Part shown: positions 39,563-51,312 of the stretch, one piece after another
Layout of the letters: each line of letters begins with the position of its first letter
Position numbering within the stretch: position 1 is the first letter of the stretch
Assembly (NCBI GenBank): GCA_016618385.1
Contig: JABFOP010000225.1
Location: forward strand, 15,735 to 79,734
DNA length: 64,000 nt
Direction: 5' to 3'
Source of the DNA: Nymphon striatum
Lineage: Eukaryota
The notes under the pieces: generated by a model
Database searches by the model: none
Told to the model about the DNA's origin: nothing
Seen by the model: the letters and a program-made list of their open reading frames with translations, nothing else
Position numbers and translations under genes: made by a program

Positions 39563-39829
39563 TAGGCCTACTTTTGTCAAACTGCAACATCATGCTTTTT
39601 GTGACTACTAGTCTACCATTAATTTTGAACTTAAGGATTTAGACGTAACAGTATACTTGAAGTAATGAATTATACTTATAGCAATGGTATATTTTGTGTG
39701 TTATTTTTTAAATATTATTATTATGTTTTTTATTGTAATCTACAAAATCGAAATGGTTTATCTTTAATTTTGAGAAAAATTTAGAAACCAAAATATGATC
39801 TGTTTCACAAAAACGCATGCCGATATAGG

Positions 39830-41235
39830 CCAAGAGCATTAGACGAAATAAGGCCAAACCTGGACATCGCTCATAACAAGCTGAATTTTTCAGGATAGGT
39901 CCAGGAATATGTGTAGAGTAACATACTAAAAGTCCCCATAAATCCCCCTGGAGCTCACTCCAAAAATCAAGATGGCGTCCAAAATACCCGCCAAGCCTCC
40001 AATTTTGTCATAACTTTGCAACCAGATAAGCTAAAATTACAAATAAAGTGTCTAAACATATGTTTTAAGGCACAAGGAATCTAATAAAATCATTATTTAG
40101 AGGTTTAAAACGTCAAAAATGGCCGCCAAGTTCAAATTTTGTCATAACTTTGCAACCGGAGAAGTTAAAATTACAAATAAAGTGTCCAAACATATGCTGT
40201 AAGGCACAAGTAATCTAATAAAATCATTATCTAGAGACATATAAGACAAATAAAGACATATAGCAAACCCGCTGTTCCCGGTTTACAGTCTGTTGTAATA
40301 TATCCTCTCAAGAATCATGATCAAGGGCTCCAGTCTCTCCGCTCAGCAGCTGCACTAGACGCCCTCTTGGTTTTTGGCTGTGTTCTGGAACTATCCCCTT
40401 GTCCTTCATGGAGTGGATTCATGAAAGTAGCCATACAAAGTGACCTATATGAGACAACCAGAATAGAAACTTTGCCCTTTATTAATCTGGACCCCTCCAA
40501 TCCGAGTACTATTTATACAGCATTATGCTTTGCACAAACACAGTGTGAAAAGCATGGTTTGAGAATATGTCCAGTCACATTTGATGAGCCGTTATATATT
40601 AAGGCTGCAGAGATTGTAGCTGCTTCACAAGATCTGGACATAGTGATCATCCGTCTTGTCGGATTTCACCTCTTCATGTCTTATCTTGGAAACATAGGTC
40701 ACATAATGACAGGAAGTGGGCTAGCAGAGCTTTGGGAGACGGTATACGCCAAAGGATCCGTCATACATATGCTATCTGGCCATGCCTTTTCTCGTGCTCT
40801 TCGTGCTCACATTCTTACTTCAGCTGCCCTCATTGGTGTCTTGATGGGTACACCTGGCGCCTTAGAGAAATTAGACAAAGAACACTTAGAGAACCTTTAC
40901 AGAGCCCTTCTTAACCAGGACAAGAACGCCACTGACATAGCCGAGGAGGAATGCGTCAAACAGTTAAGCCAGATCATTTCATAACTCCTTGACCAGGCTG
41001 CAAGTCAGAGCAGAGCAGAGTCAGAGCAAGTCTTCTCTGGTTGCAAAGTTATGACAAAATTGGAGGCTTGGTGGATATTTTGGACGCCATCTTGAATTTT
41101 GGAGAGAGCTCCTGGGGGATTTATGGGGACTTTTGTTATGTTACTCTACACATATTCCTGGACCTATCCTGAAAAATTCAGCTTGTTATGAGCAATGTCC
41201 AGGTTAAAGCTAATGCTATTGGCCTAATAGGTGAA
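39830..41235 (+). mobile_element. Third, rearranged derivative of the long-TIR element. Inner-TIR plus 120-bp-repeat fragments (39830-40250 plus; 41030-41230 minus) flank a 205-aa ORF.
   Basis: Sequence identity to 6700-7100 and 10130-10330. Confidence 0.6.
40367..40984 (+). CDS. ORF of unknown function carried between the TIR-derived fragments (…ICPVTFDEPLYIKAAEIV…GSGLAELWETVYAKGSVIHMLSGHAFSRALRAHIL…). Candidate transposase or passenger fragment.
   Basis: 205-aa uninterrupted ORF in an otherwise non-coding intron. No motif I can assign confidently. Confidence 0.3.
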   Translation: MVFGCVLELSPCPSWSGFMKVAIQSDLYETTRIETLPFINLDPSNPSTIYTALCFAQTQCEKHGLRICPVTFDEPLYIKAAEIVAASQDLDIVIIRLVGFHLFMSYLGNIGHIMTGSGLAELWETVYAKGSVIHMLSGHAFSRALRAHILTSAALIGVLMGTPGALEKLDKEHLENLYRALLNQDKNATDIAEEECVKQLSQIIS

Positions 41236-41494
41236 GGAAAATTCCTATCCTAGCCACCCCCCTTTCAAAATTCCTAGATCTGCCTCTGTATTATCTATAC
41301 TTCCATTAGGAGGCAACCAAAAAATTACCAAATTACGTTGAATCGCATAATGATCAACAATTTACATTTAACGAAGTTAAGCTACATTGAAAAATCTGTG
41401 CTGATTGGCTGAGTCTAATTATGTCCCTTCTTTTTAGCAAATCGTCTTGCATAGTGTTATGCAGGTGCTCCATTTCATCAGGACCGTCCACTCT

Positions 41495-41760
41495 ACATTT
41501 TTTTTTTTCAAATAGTGAATTGTGTTCTTTAACACACAGAAAGTGTGACTATCCTCTACACAGGGCCTCCAACAACATCCTATTTAAGGAACAGAGTATT
41601 TTCTCTCCTAAACCAGCCTCCATCAGATATCAGAGAGGAAAGTACGAGAATGAACAACATAGAGGGTGAAAGAGTGGAGGGCTCCGATAATATTTGAACT
41701 TGGGTTATTCCAGCTCAGAAAGATTATATACCACTCAGACACCTGTGACTGAGAGTTAAA
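41495..41760 (-). mobile_element. SINE copy (minus orientation)
   Basis: Reverse complement of SINE body and head (…ctgagctggaataacccaagttcaaat…). Confidence 0.6.
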
Positions 41761-41805
41761 ATTAACTAATTACAGAAAAGAACATTTTTCAGTTTTTACA
41801 CTTAC

Positions 41806-42075
41806 ATTTTCATGAACTCCAAAATGTCTCAGTTTCTGACAAGCTAATTCAATAAAAAGAGGAAGGCCAGCATCTTGTTTTGATGTTAATAATCTGAGAA
41901 GATTGTTGAATGGTGAACTATCAAGAACTTTCCTATATTTTCCTAATGAATTGATGACTATATTTTGTCTTGTTGCCAATTCCAAGGGCGATATACTCAT
42001 TTGAAGTTTTGATATGTTGGACATTTTTTCAGAAATTTCAGAATCGCTAGTTGAACTGCACACAATTGAAACACC
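41806..42075 (-). CDS. NACHT exon (GVSIVCSSTSDSEISEKMSNISKLQMSISPLELATRQNIVINSLGKYRKVLDSSPFNNLLRLLTSKQDAGLPLFIELACQKLRHFGVHEN)
   Basis: ORF 41770..42063 extended to acceptor catttacag. Donor gtaagt. 270 nt, phase 0 in and out. Confidence 0.7.
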
Positions 42076-42146
42076 CTGTAAATGAATTATTTATTGAGTA
42101 TATTAATGAAAAAATATACAATTTAAACTAATCAAATTTATCTCAC

Positions 42147-42297
42147 AGAGGGGATATCAGTAGGCAGCCACGTCAGGTCAGCAGCTTGATGTGATGTAGA
42201 AAGTAAATTCATACCATCAATGAAAATGAACAAACGTTTGGTAGGAGATACTGTCACAGCATTTGAAATGATTAAGAAGAATATCTTCACAAGTTCA
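42147..42297 (-). CDS. NACHT Walker B exon (ELVKIFFLIISNAVTVSPTKRLFIFIDGMNLLSTSHQAADLTWLPTDIPS)
   Basis: hhhhDGhD Walker B motif (LFIFIDGMN). Acceptor ttttttccag, donor gtgaga. Phase consistent. Confidence 0.75.
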
Positions 42298-42577
42298 CTG
42301 GAAAAAAGATTATGATTACATGCATAAAATAGTAAATAAACTTTTTAATTCTGAAGAAATATTTGAAAGTTTGAAGTTTATTTAACATAAAGATAAATTC
42401 ACTGGAACTTGTAAGACTAAATGAGGCTCTGATCCATTAATTGTAAAGAAAACAGAGAGTTCAGAGAAGAATATAGAATAGTCTTCTCTGATTTAATCTT
42501 TATACAGAAATTACACGGCAAGTACAAAGAAAATATTTATTTTTAACAAAAATTAGGGAAAGAAATTTCAATCGTAC

Positions 42578-42735
42578 TTATAAGTATCTGGAAGTCGAAT
42601 TTCCAAAGAAAATTTTGTGATTATGTCATAACATATATGTCTTAGTAAAGCTGCAACATTATCTGAATTTGGAGTGAGTCCAACGAAATGAATTACACTT
42701 GGATTCTGGCTAGCAAATTTTCCATACAGAAAAGC
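42578..42735 (-). CDS. NACHT exon (AFLYGKFASQNPSVIHFVGLTPNSDNVAALLRHICYDIITKFSLEIRLPDTYK)
   Basis: Acceptor tatag, donor gtacga. Phase 0 in, phase 2 out. Confidence 0.6.
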
Positions 42736-43442
42736 CTATATAAATAAACAATAATAAATATATACACATTAGTACATAGAGGATACGTAATGAGTGCCCA
42801 TCGTATACAGAATATACGTGCTCGTAAAAGTTGTTGTTATTTTCAGCGAGCCTTGGCGGGCTTAAAATAAATCAATGTTAGCGAGTTTCATATATTCTAT
42901 ATGCGACGTGAACGAGTTTGGTATTCTGTTTATCACATAATCAATAGATAGCTTTGAAAATGAATTAAAATGAATTTAAAATAGATTCAATTTAAATAAG
43001 TGTAAAATGTTTTAGCATAAAATGGCACATTTCTTCCCCAGGCAGTCTTCCCGTTTAAAAGGGGGCATTTAAAGAGGCCATTAAAAAAATCACTCCTGTT
43101 ACTTCAAAACATAGATATTTTAGAATATTATTCTAAATATTATTATTGAATTAGCAAGTCATTAAAAGAGGGACTGAAAACTATTAAGAGCCATTTGTCA
43201 TTGTTCAAGATTATTGTCACTTTAAATCGGTTACCCATTAAAACATCTCTCTCCGTTAAGCAGTTAATTGTTTCATAACACGTTTTTACACGCGTGTTTA
43301 TATGATTTTTATGTCCATTGAGATCAGTAGAATAAACGCACTAATATTTGATAATTATGTATATGGAATTAAAAATTCCAAATCTAGAGTAAGCATGGTA
43401 CTGATTTCATAGCTTAAAATTGTAGGATTTAGACAAAATTAC

Positions 43443-43628
43443 CATTAAAGATGTTTTGCCACTTCCAGGTCTTCCCATTATACAAAATAACCCAGAATTC
43501 TTTGAAATCTGTTTCAAATTATCTGTGTGCTTCAATAAATTAGTTGGAAGAACATATTCTTCAATTCGACGATTAGCAAAGTCTTCATGAAGATTTGATT
43601 CATGGTCCAACTCAGATGCTTGAACATA
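43443..43628 (-). CDS. NACHT Walker A exon (YVQASELDHESNLHEDFANRRIEEYVLPTNLLKHTDNLKQISKNSGLFCIMGRPGSGKTSLM)
   Basis: P-loop GRPGSGKT preceded by a hydrophobic strand, typical of NACHT. Donor ATG|gtaatt. Confidence 0.8.
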
Positions 43629-43769
43629 CTAAAGATCCAAAATAAAGAAATGAACAATTAATAATAAATTTATTTATGGTCCTTCAGATGCAGATTAATT
43701 TATTAAAATTGAAATTAAATAAAAAAAAGAAAAAAAAAATATAATTATTAAGATGGAGGACATATTTAC

Positions 43770-43899
43770 CTCAACATTGTATGAGTTGTATGTGTTGGTG
43801 AAGGCATACCATAGATTATCAATTACACTTTGACCAAAATGATTTAAACCTTTCACAACAGGCTTACCATTGAAAACGCCACCCCACTCACAAGGATAA
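43770..43899 (-). CDS. Linker exon (RYPCEWGGVFNGKPVVKGLNHFGQSVIDNLWYAFTNTYNSYNVE), 130 nt
   Basis: Needed to restore phase between neighbouring exons: entry phase 2, exit phase 0. Acceptor ttttttag, donor gtaaat. Confidence 0.55.
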
Positions 43900-44729
43900 C
43901 TAAAAAATCATACACAGAATGGGTACACGACATTCTATTATAATAATCAAATTGGAACCATTAGAATAAATCTTATTAAATATAGTAATCCTATAGAATG
44001 TTCTTGCTAACAGATCAAATAGTTCACCAACAGATTAAATCATCATATAAATCTCAACATATAATATTGATGATTCCAGCTTGATGATCCAGCTAATGAC
44101 TAACCTCGGTGTTGACCTATGTACATTTACTTTGTTTCCAGATTTGGGTAATATTTTAATAGGTATTATAATAGTATTTAATAGGTATTGTCCCACATTA
44201 TATTTAATTTATGCATAAAATTGCATAAATTATGCAGAAAGATTGTATTTCAGGGAAATATAAAGGGGCAAACAGATTTTTACTTTAAGGTTCTTATATT
44301 ATGATTTATGTAAGTCTGACTAATCTTTATAAATTTGACAATTATTGACAACTATTCATAATATTTCATTTCTTCATCCACTGAGATGAGGTAAAATATA
44401 TACTTCATTGATAAATAAAAGAGCAAAAACGATTTGCTTGAACTTCATGGTGTATATTTTTTAAAACATAAAAACAAAAAACAAAACAAACGTTTCGGCC
44501 TGCAAGGCCATCCTCAGTGGATAACATATAACATATAGTACAGTGATGACTTCGTATATATACAGAAATAGAAAATAAAATCTTCAAGATATCCTGACGT
44601 AATCATGAAGCCAATGCAAATTTATTTTACATTGACTTCATGAGTACCTCTGGCGACAAGCAACGGAAAAGCTGAAATGTTGTCATTTAGTTTGGGTCTA
44701 TTTTTTAAAATGTAAAGGCTTTCCAGGAT

Positions 44730-45480
44730 TCTCAAATTCAATGTGTTTTCTCAGTATCGAGAATGCGGAAATTATTTAGGTTAACTGAACACCCACATGT
44801 TTGTGAGTGAAGGTGTATGTTGCTGTTAGTATCGGATAAAGGAGGTTTGTTAGTCCGGGCACTCCTGTGAGCATGTTCAGTCAGACGTTGATATAAGTGT
44901 CTCTTAGTTGAACCGACGTAAGAGACTGGTGCATTGCGTGCACAACTATATTCGTAAACAATGTTTGACCTCATGCCCAAAGAAAGCCTGTCTTTAAAAT
45001 GAAAAAAGGAGTTAATTCGAAATTTATTGATTAGTATTATTTGTATATTATGATTTTTATAAAATTTATTAAGGAATATGAGAAGGTCAGATTTGAGTTT
45101 AATAGATTGGTGTCCAAAGTACGGAAGGGTAAAATAGAATTTGTTATCTGATGAAGTTTGGGAGTCCTGAGCAGTAGAATATAGATTGTTGAGAAAATTT
45201 TTGATATATTTGTTAATTAGGAATTCGGGAAAATCGTTATTATGGAAGAAGGTTTTTAAGAATTGAAACTCAGAGTGCAAGGTATGAAAGTTAGAAGAAA
45301 TCTTATAAGCACGAGAAATGAGTGTTAGTATGGTAGAAAGTTTGAATTGTGGTGGGCAGAAGCTGAAATAGCTTAACCCTAGACCTGAGAATGTGGGTTT
45401 TCTGTAAACGGAAGTTGTAAAAGTTAGTGAGCTCTGCAGTCATACAGCAAAAAATACAAACTGAGTAAAAGAGAAATCTC
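44730..45480 (-). mobile_element. Penelope-like element (PLE) 3' fragment with GIY-YIG endonuclease domain (…NIVYEYSCARNAPVSYVGSTKRHLYQRLTEH…)
   Basis: ORF 44738..45280. YVGxTxRxLxxRxxEH GIY-YIG signature preceded by PLE-typical conserved blocks. Confidence 0.65.
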
Positions 45481-45509
45481 ACTGATATTCAAAATTGATC
45501 ATAAATTAC

Positions 45510-45626
45510 CGAGCATCCATTGCTTCAAAACCACTTGTTATCATTTTATCCTGCAAAGCTGTCACTTTCTGTTTCTTAGTTGAATCATGTTCAATAAAAT
45601 GTTCAATCCATTCAGGTGGCACGTCC
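45510..45626 (-). CDS. Linker exon (DVPPEWIEHFIEHDSTKKQKVTALQDKMITSGFEAMDA), 117 nt
   Basis: Only one frame open. Acceptor ttaattag, donor gtaatt. Phase 2 in, phase 2 out. Confidence 0.55.
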
Positions 45627-45712
45627 CTAATTAAATAATGGAAATAGGCACATAAAGTCAATTGAAAAACAAAAAATAATATTCAGATAATACCTAAAAA
45701 AATTATCTTTAC

Positions 45713-45964
45713 TTTATGAAAGTGGAATCCCTAATAAAGAAGAATGTATTATTCTTATGTTTATGTTTCTGGCTTTCGTCGAAAATGCCAGCAGCATACA
45801 TTTCCAATTCAGTCACAGATGTACCAGATGGACAATCCTTAACCCAGTCAAATGTTGGGTCATTTGGCAAATCCTGAACATCTGGTATCCATCCATATCT
45901 CTCACCAAGCATCCCAATAAAGAACTCACTTTTAGAAACTTCTCTTAGACACATTTCTAATAAC
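45713..45964 (-). CDS. DUF4062 exon 2 (LLEMCLREVSKSEFFIGMLGERYGWIPDVQDLPNDPTFDWVKDCPSGTSVTELEMYAAGIFDESQKHKHKNNTFFFIRDSTFIK)
   Basis: Conserved FIGxLGeRYGW motif. Acceptor tttag, donor gtaaag. 252 nt. Confidence 0.75.
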
Positions 45965-46649
45965 CTAAACAATTTAAAATTAGCTGAATGAACTAAAAGA
46001 TGATTAAGCTTCAGGAATGGAATTGTAAATTACATTTAATTTAATGAAAAAATTCTAGGAACTAACATTGGAGTATACAATCAATATAGCATGTAGTAAT
46101 AAATATATGACAAAAATTGAAAGGATTGTGATGATATATCATAGTAACAATTAGAAATGATATGACCAGAATTACAAAGTATTTTAAAAGTTAACCATTT
46201 ATAAAAAATAAACCAATATTAACACAACACAATTGCAAGAAATTAAATAACAGACATTTCACACTATCATAAAAAAATAATAAACAAAAAATAAATTGAT
46301 ATGTACTGATGATGAACAAAAAGTAAGGGATTTGAGAAAAAAAAGCATGACAATTAAAATATAGAAGTTTATTTTTGAAAAAGAAAAAAAAAAAAAAAAA
46401 AAATGAAGTATGACGGGGAAATTACCCAGAGGCTAGTGGCGGACCAAACCAATCTGGTGCATAAACTCAGTTTCATTTAAGTTAAACTAGCCCATGACTA
46501 TTTTACTATTCATACCCATTAGAGTTTATGGTTCCTATTTCTCAATTTTGCCTGTAGTCTGCATATCGGCAGTTAATTAATTAATTAAATGTTGATTGAT
46601 TCATTTGATTAACTACACAAAGAAAAGCTCTTACATTTGGGTGAAGGGT

Positions 46650-47960
46650 ACGTTTATTTGTTGATCAGGTACTTTGTATACCACATCGACATTCAGTTTA
46701 CCTGGTCAGAGGATCTCTTCCGATGTCAGACAAAAGCTCAACATACTTCAGAATGCTGTCCTTTTTGCGTGGCTTGCCAGAAAGGAAGTAGTGTTGGAAC
46801 TAGTAAGGGACATGCTGGAACATGCCAGTAAGAATAACGCAGTCTCAGGTTTGAGATGCCAAGCAGTAAGAATAGCATTCACTGGTAGTGGTATACATTT
46901 GGGCTTTTTGCTAGTCCTAGCTTTCATAGGCACCTTTTTGTTTTCAGGACAATGGGCTAGTAGCAGCAAGACACCTGTGTCTCTGGACCATACAACAACT
47001 GTAGGTGAATCAGTATGTACACAGTGTAAGAAATACCAGCAGGGTTGCATCTAGAAATTGAAAAAAAGGGGAGATATCCCCCCTAATTTTCAGAAAAAGG
47101 GGGGCATGCCTCATTCTTAAATATTTAAAAGGAGGAATACATTTTTAACTTAATTTCCACTCAAAATTAAAGTCTACTTACAAATCCAAACACTTTATCA
47201 TGCACGTTGTTCGTCTTAGTTCTAGATATACCCATAAACGTTAGTTTTTTTTCCACTTCTGACAATAAATCTTAAACATTCACTTTACTGTCAAACAGTG
47301 AGTAACTTACAAATATCTGATCCCATAGACTAGTAATTTACAGTAATTTATTGCACTAAGCTCACATGGGCTTATGGCAAATACAAGAAAATATAAAATA
47401 ATAAAATAAAAATAATGGTAATGGTAATACAATTACAACAAAAATACCTTCCAAATGGATAGCAGAAGTACTACAAGGCAAGAAAAGATCGAATTTGAAT
47501 GAACAGCTTTTGATGCTGAATCTAGACAAAACCGGCATTTTGACAATGTTTCTTACATAATATTTATTTGAAAAGTACGCACAGCCGTTAAAACTTTGCG
47601 GGCAATTTTATATTATTGCGGGATAGAGCCCGCACAGTCTTGTCATTTTTGCGGGATGAATTAATTTTTCGCGGGAGTCCCGCAATCCCGCGCTCTAGAT
47701 GCAACCCTGTACCAGGTGAGTATCTGCTTCCTCATGAGTGCTTCTTAAGCCTTCCACATCAACTCCAGGCCTACTGCACGACACATCTGTAGCCTCTGTT
47801 AATCCACCAGCTGTTATGACACATTTATTATCAAGTGCATTTCTGATTAGTTCCTGTGAGTGGAAGTTAGCCAGATCGGCTTTGCTCCGAGAGTTACAAA
47901 GGAAACCTTGATAATCCTGGGGTATAGGGATATCAGGAGTTTCAAATACTCTGCAGATGG
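46650..47960 (-). pseudogene. Disrupted copy of the FEN/XPG-like PIN-domain ORF family (…RSTHEEADTHLV | MITE | …VVVWSRDTGVLLLLAHCPENKKV…)
   Basis: HEEADT and DTG..LLLA motifs align with HEEADTRIF and ATDTDIIVLA of the plus-strand copy at 63.6-63.8 kb. Interrupted by the MITE and a 1-nt frameshift. Confidence 0.55.
47046..47711. mobile_element. hAT-like MITE (about 665 bp) with 16-bp TIR CAGGGTTGCATCTAGA and 6-bp TSD TACCAG, inserted into a PIN-like nuclease pseudogene
   Basis: Perfect terminal inverted repeat. Flanks gaaaTACCAG|cagggttg ... caaccctg|TACCAGgtgag. Confidence 0.7.
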
Positions 47961-49246
47961 ATTTACCTTTCTTTCTTCTTGTCTTGCTTGGTTCCTTCCA
48001 TTATAAAGTAACTCATATAATCAAATGGTACATTAACCCTGACAAAATGCCTGACTTATTGGACACCAGATTAAAAAATATTTTTGCAAACTCTCCAAAG
48101 GTACACTACAAGGACTTGGACATTTATCAGCAGTTCCGTCTTCAGAGTGCCATCTATCTCTGCAAGTGCTAGAGGTACTACAAGAAGTTCATATAAAAAG
48201 GAAAAGTTATCAAATTCCTTTATGTTTTGTTCATTAAATGATTCAGCCAGAATTATTAAAATACAAAGTTTTTAAACTTCAATAAACATAAAATGTGATG
48301 ACTTTTGCCTTTAGTCAAACACTGTATAAGGATAAAGTTCAACAACAGAAAATATATTATTTTGGTCCAAATACAAATATATTTAGTGATTTAGTTTGCA
48401 CTCAAATGTTTGAAATTTGTATTCTGTCCATTAGGTCAAAACACTCATAAATCTTTGGGCTATTTCCAAAGTGACTACTGCTTCAATGGATATTATTTAT
48501 TTACAGTTTGCAGTATATATTCACAGTGGGTTTGCCGTTACCTTGTATCTATTCCATAGTATTGCTATATTTATATATACTTTCAAAAACATAACATTTT
48601 AATGCCTATAGTAATGCCTATAGTGTCATTAAAGAATATTTTAGTTTACCTTTGATAAAATGTTTACAACCTGGTAAAATAATCCTTTCTCTGACATATC
48701 TACAATTTGAGTTAAAAAATTTCAGTTTCTAAGATCGTCATATTTGATGAAAAAATTAATTTTTAAAGGTCCACTAAAGTGGGAAAAAAAAATCTAAATC
48801 GTGTGAAAAATAATCAATTAGGTCCACACTAATACACTGAATGCATTTTGGTAAAATTAATTAGCCACTTTTAATAAGAAAAACGGTCTCAAACTACAAG
48901 AATTTACACTCATCCAAATTTGCCATACGTCATACGTGTGACGTCAGACAAGACACTTGTCACTACACCTATCGAGTCAAAATGGCGAGTTCTAATGCCA
49001 GATATGAAAATGTTGACAATGTCATTGACACTCTTTCCTCGTCGTCTGAGATAAGTGAAGATGAAATAGATCTAAGCTCGTGTGAAGACTATTGTGAAGA
49101 AATTGGCGGTTGGGGCAAGTGTGTGGAACCATACAAATTTCAGCCTCTGAAAAGTGTAAGCGAAGACTGTCCCAGTGACACAAATCGAAGACATTTACTG
49201 GGGTTAAAAATGTTATGTTTAAAGGTCTGACTAAGAGACAAAGAAA

Positions 49247-49795
49247 TCAGTGATTAGATTTTAAAATTAGCGTCAACAGTGGACTTACCCTTGTTCTCTC
49301 TCGTTTTTGGAACGCCAGTTCCCTCCGGATTTTGCCAGACTTTCGCTTTGGTGTGGATGAATGTTGAGGATGAAAATTCTCCTCTTCTGGACTATTCTTA
49401 ACATTCCCCGCATAAGGTAAAGTCACAGCCGTGCTTGACAGTAAATCCGAGGTCTCGGCATGTTCGCTGTGGGCCTCCAGCTCCATGGTCATGCTTGTCT
49501 CATAAGCGATTTCCATGAAGTGATCTGGCAAATGTGGTAGTTGTTCAGATAAAACAGTCTTAATTGTTGGAACAGCATCGGGTTTCAACTTTTTCCGATA
49601 ACCAAATAAAATTTCCAATTCTGTAGTTTCATACCAGTCATCTTGAAAATGACCAGAACACAAAGCCGACCACTGTGTCGGATGGGTTCATTTGCGAGTC
49701 ATTTTCACAAACCTCGTCCATTTTCGGGTCTTTTGGCCATTGATGTAACACATATCCTTCCCTGTTCGTGTTGCTACACCCACCCAAAGCGCAAC
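49247..49795 (-). pseudogene. THAP-domain ORF (MPRCCALGGCSN…HQWPKDPK… / …CSGHFQDDWYETTELEILFGYRKKLKPDAVPTI…) with an internal frameshift. Possible remnant of a P-element-like or THAP-carrying transposon.
   Basis: C-x2-C … FPKDP … CSxHF … LKxDAVPTI THAP signature split over two frames. CRE palindromes TGACGTCA at 48943 and 49933 bracket the unit. Confidence 0.5.
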
Positions 49796-50544
49796 AACGT
49801 GGCATACCTCTCAGAATATTGCAGTAAAGTACTTGTTAAAACACTTGCCGGAGGTTAAGTAAGTAAGTAAGTAAATAAAGGCGGTAGGGCTATGTGTCAA
49901 GTTTTCAACAACAATAAGCCTGTGTGTCAGCTTTGCCAGCATTTCTAGTCTGACGTCATAGCTCAGAAATCATTACAAACGAGAAATGTATGATAAAACT
50001 CTAAAATGTTCACTTTTATAATTTTCACATCGAAAAACAAACTGGTACAACTGATAAATATAGTATTTAGGAATTCATTTTTGACAAGTGAGTTTGGACC
50101 TTTAACACGGGCAGTTGCGGAAAATATTAGGGGGGTACTACTACTATGTATATAGAAACTGAGATTATGCAAGGTGTTTCACATGCAGTCAAGGGGTAAA
50201 ATACCCCCAAATGTGGCATTCATAAAAATATTTTAATGCTGCAACATCATTCACATTATATTATTATTATTTAATCACCTTATTTTTCAATTAATTGTCA
50301 TTAAAATCCTCAAAATCCAATACACGGTTACTGACTGACAAATCAGCTTGCTATAATAATGTACATTATATGCATCTAATTGTGGCATAGTTACAAATAT
50401 ATGTGTGCGCAATTTGACTGCTTTGAAGTATACTGCTTTCACTCTCCGCTGTTTTCGTCTGGACCACAACAGTGGTGCTGCCCCCTGGTCAATGCAACGG
50501 AACTAGAGAATTTTAGAGTCGTCCATTGTGTGTTGGCGAGGAAA

Positions 50545-50820
50545 TCATCTTTATGTAATGTACTTGCACTATGTACCACTTCACTGGGACCTTCCACCCT
50601 ACTCTTGTTCGAATAGTGAAGTGGGTTCTTTAATGTGCAGAGGGTATGGCTCTCCTTTACATGGAACAGAGTATTTTCTCTCTCAAACCAGCCTGCATTC
50701 AGTATCAGAGAGGAGGGCACGAGAATACACAACATAAAGGATGAAAGAGTGGAGGGTTCAAACCTGGGTCATTCCAGCTCAGAATAGAAATCTTAACCAC
50801 TCAGCCACCACGCTCTCCTA
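50545..50820 (-). mobile_element. SINE copy (minus orientation), nearly full length
   Basis: Reverse complement of ggagagcgtggtggctgagtggttaagat… head plus core. Confidence 0.7.
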
Positions 50821-51073
50821 ATAAGAATAATGATACATTTATTCCTAAAAAAAAATTGTAATTCGATACAGTTCTTATTTTATTCAAAATAAATATGATA
50901 TCTTGATGTAATTAATTAAGGGGTGAGGAAAGTTTTCAAAATTTCCTTGACAAGAGCTCTCAAAAACTTTAATCTATTTTAATCCATTTACTCTTTCAAC
51001 ATGAACAATAAAATTTGATCTTAATATATATACACAAAGTACTAAAAAACAGATGAATGAAACATAAACGTAC

Positions 51074-51250
51074 TTGGAACTTTCAGACTGAGATTCAACA
51101 AGTCCCCATCGAAAATCAACTTCGTAAACTTTGAGATAGAGACATTTAGCTCTTTCTCGCAATTCAGGAAAAACAAATCTAACAAGTAAGTCTCTTTCAG
51201 CATACATATCAAGAAAGGTTGAAGAAATGAAAACTTGAGTTGTCCTCCAT
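51074..51250 (-). CDS. DUF4062 exon 1 (WRTTQVFISSTFLDMYAERDLLVRFVFPELRERAKCLYLKVYEVDFRWGLVESQSESS)
   Basis: Hallmark DUF4062 motifs FISSTF-DM-ERD ... LRWG as in NWD1/NWD2/TEP1. Acceptor ttttaag, donor gtacgt. 177 nt, phase conserved. Confidence 0.75.
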
Positions 51251-51312
51251 CTTAAAATTACAATAACATGTTAGGAAAAACACATTTGATACAAAATTTG
51301 ATAAATGTAGAA

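Noticed and set aside
46674-47054. 126-aa plus-strand ORF
   Set aside because: It lies antisense to the PIN-like pseudogene, runs into the MITE terminus, and has no recognisable motif. Spurious.
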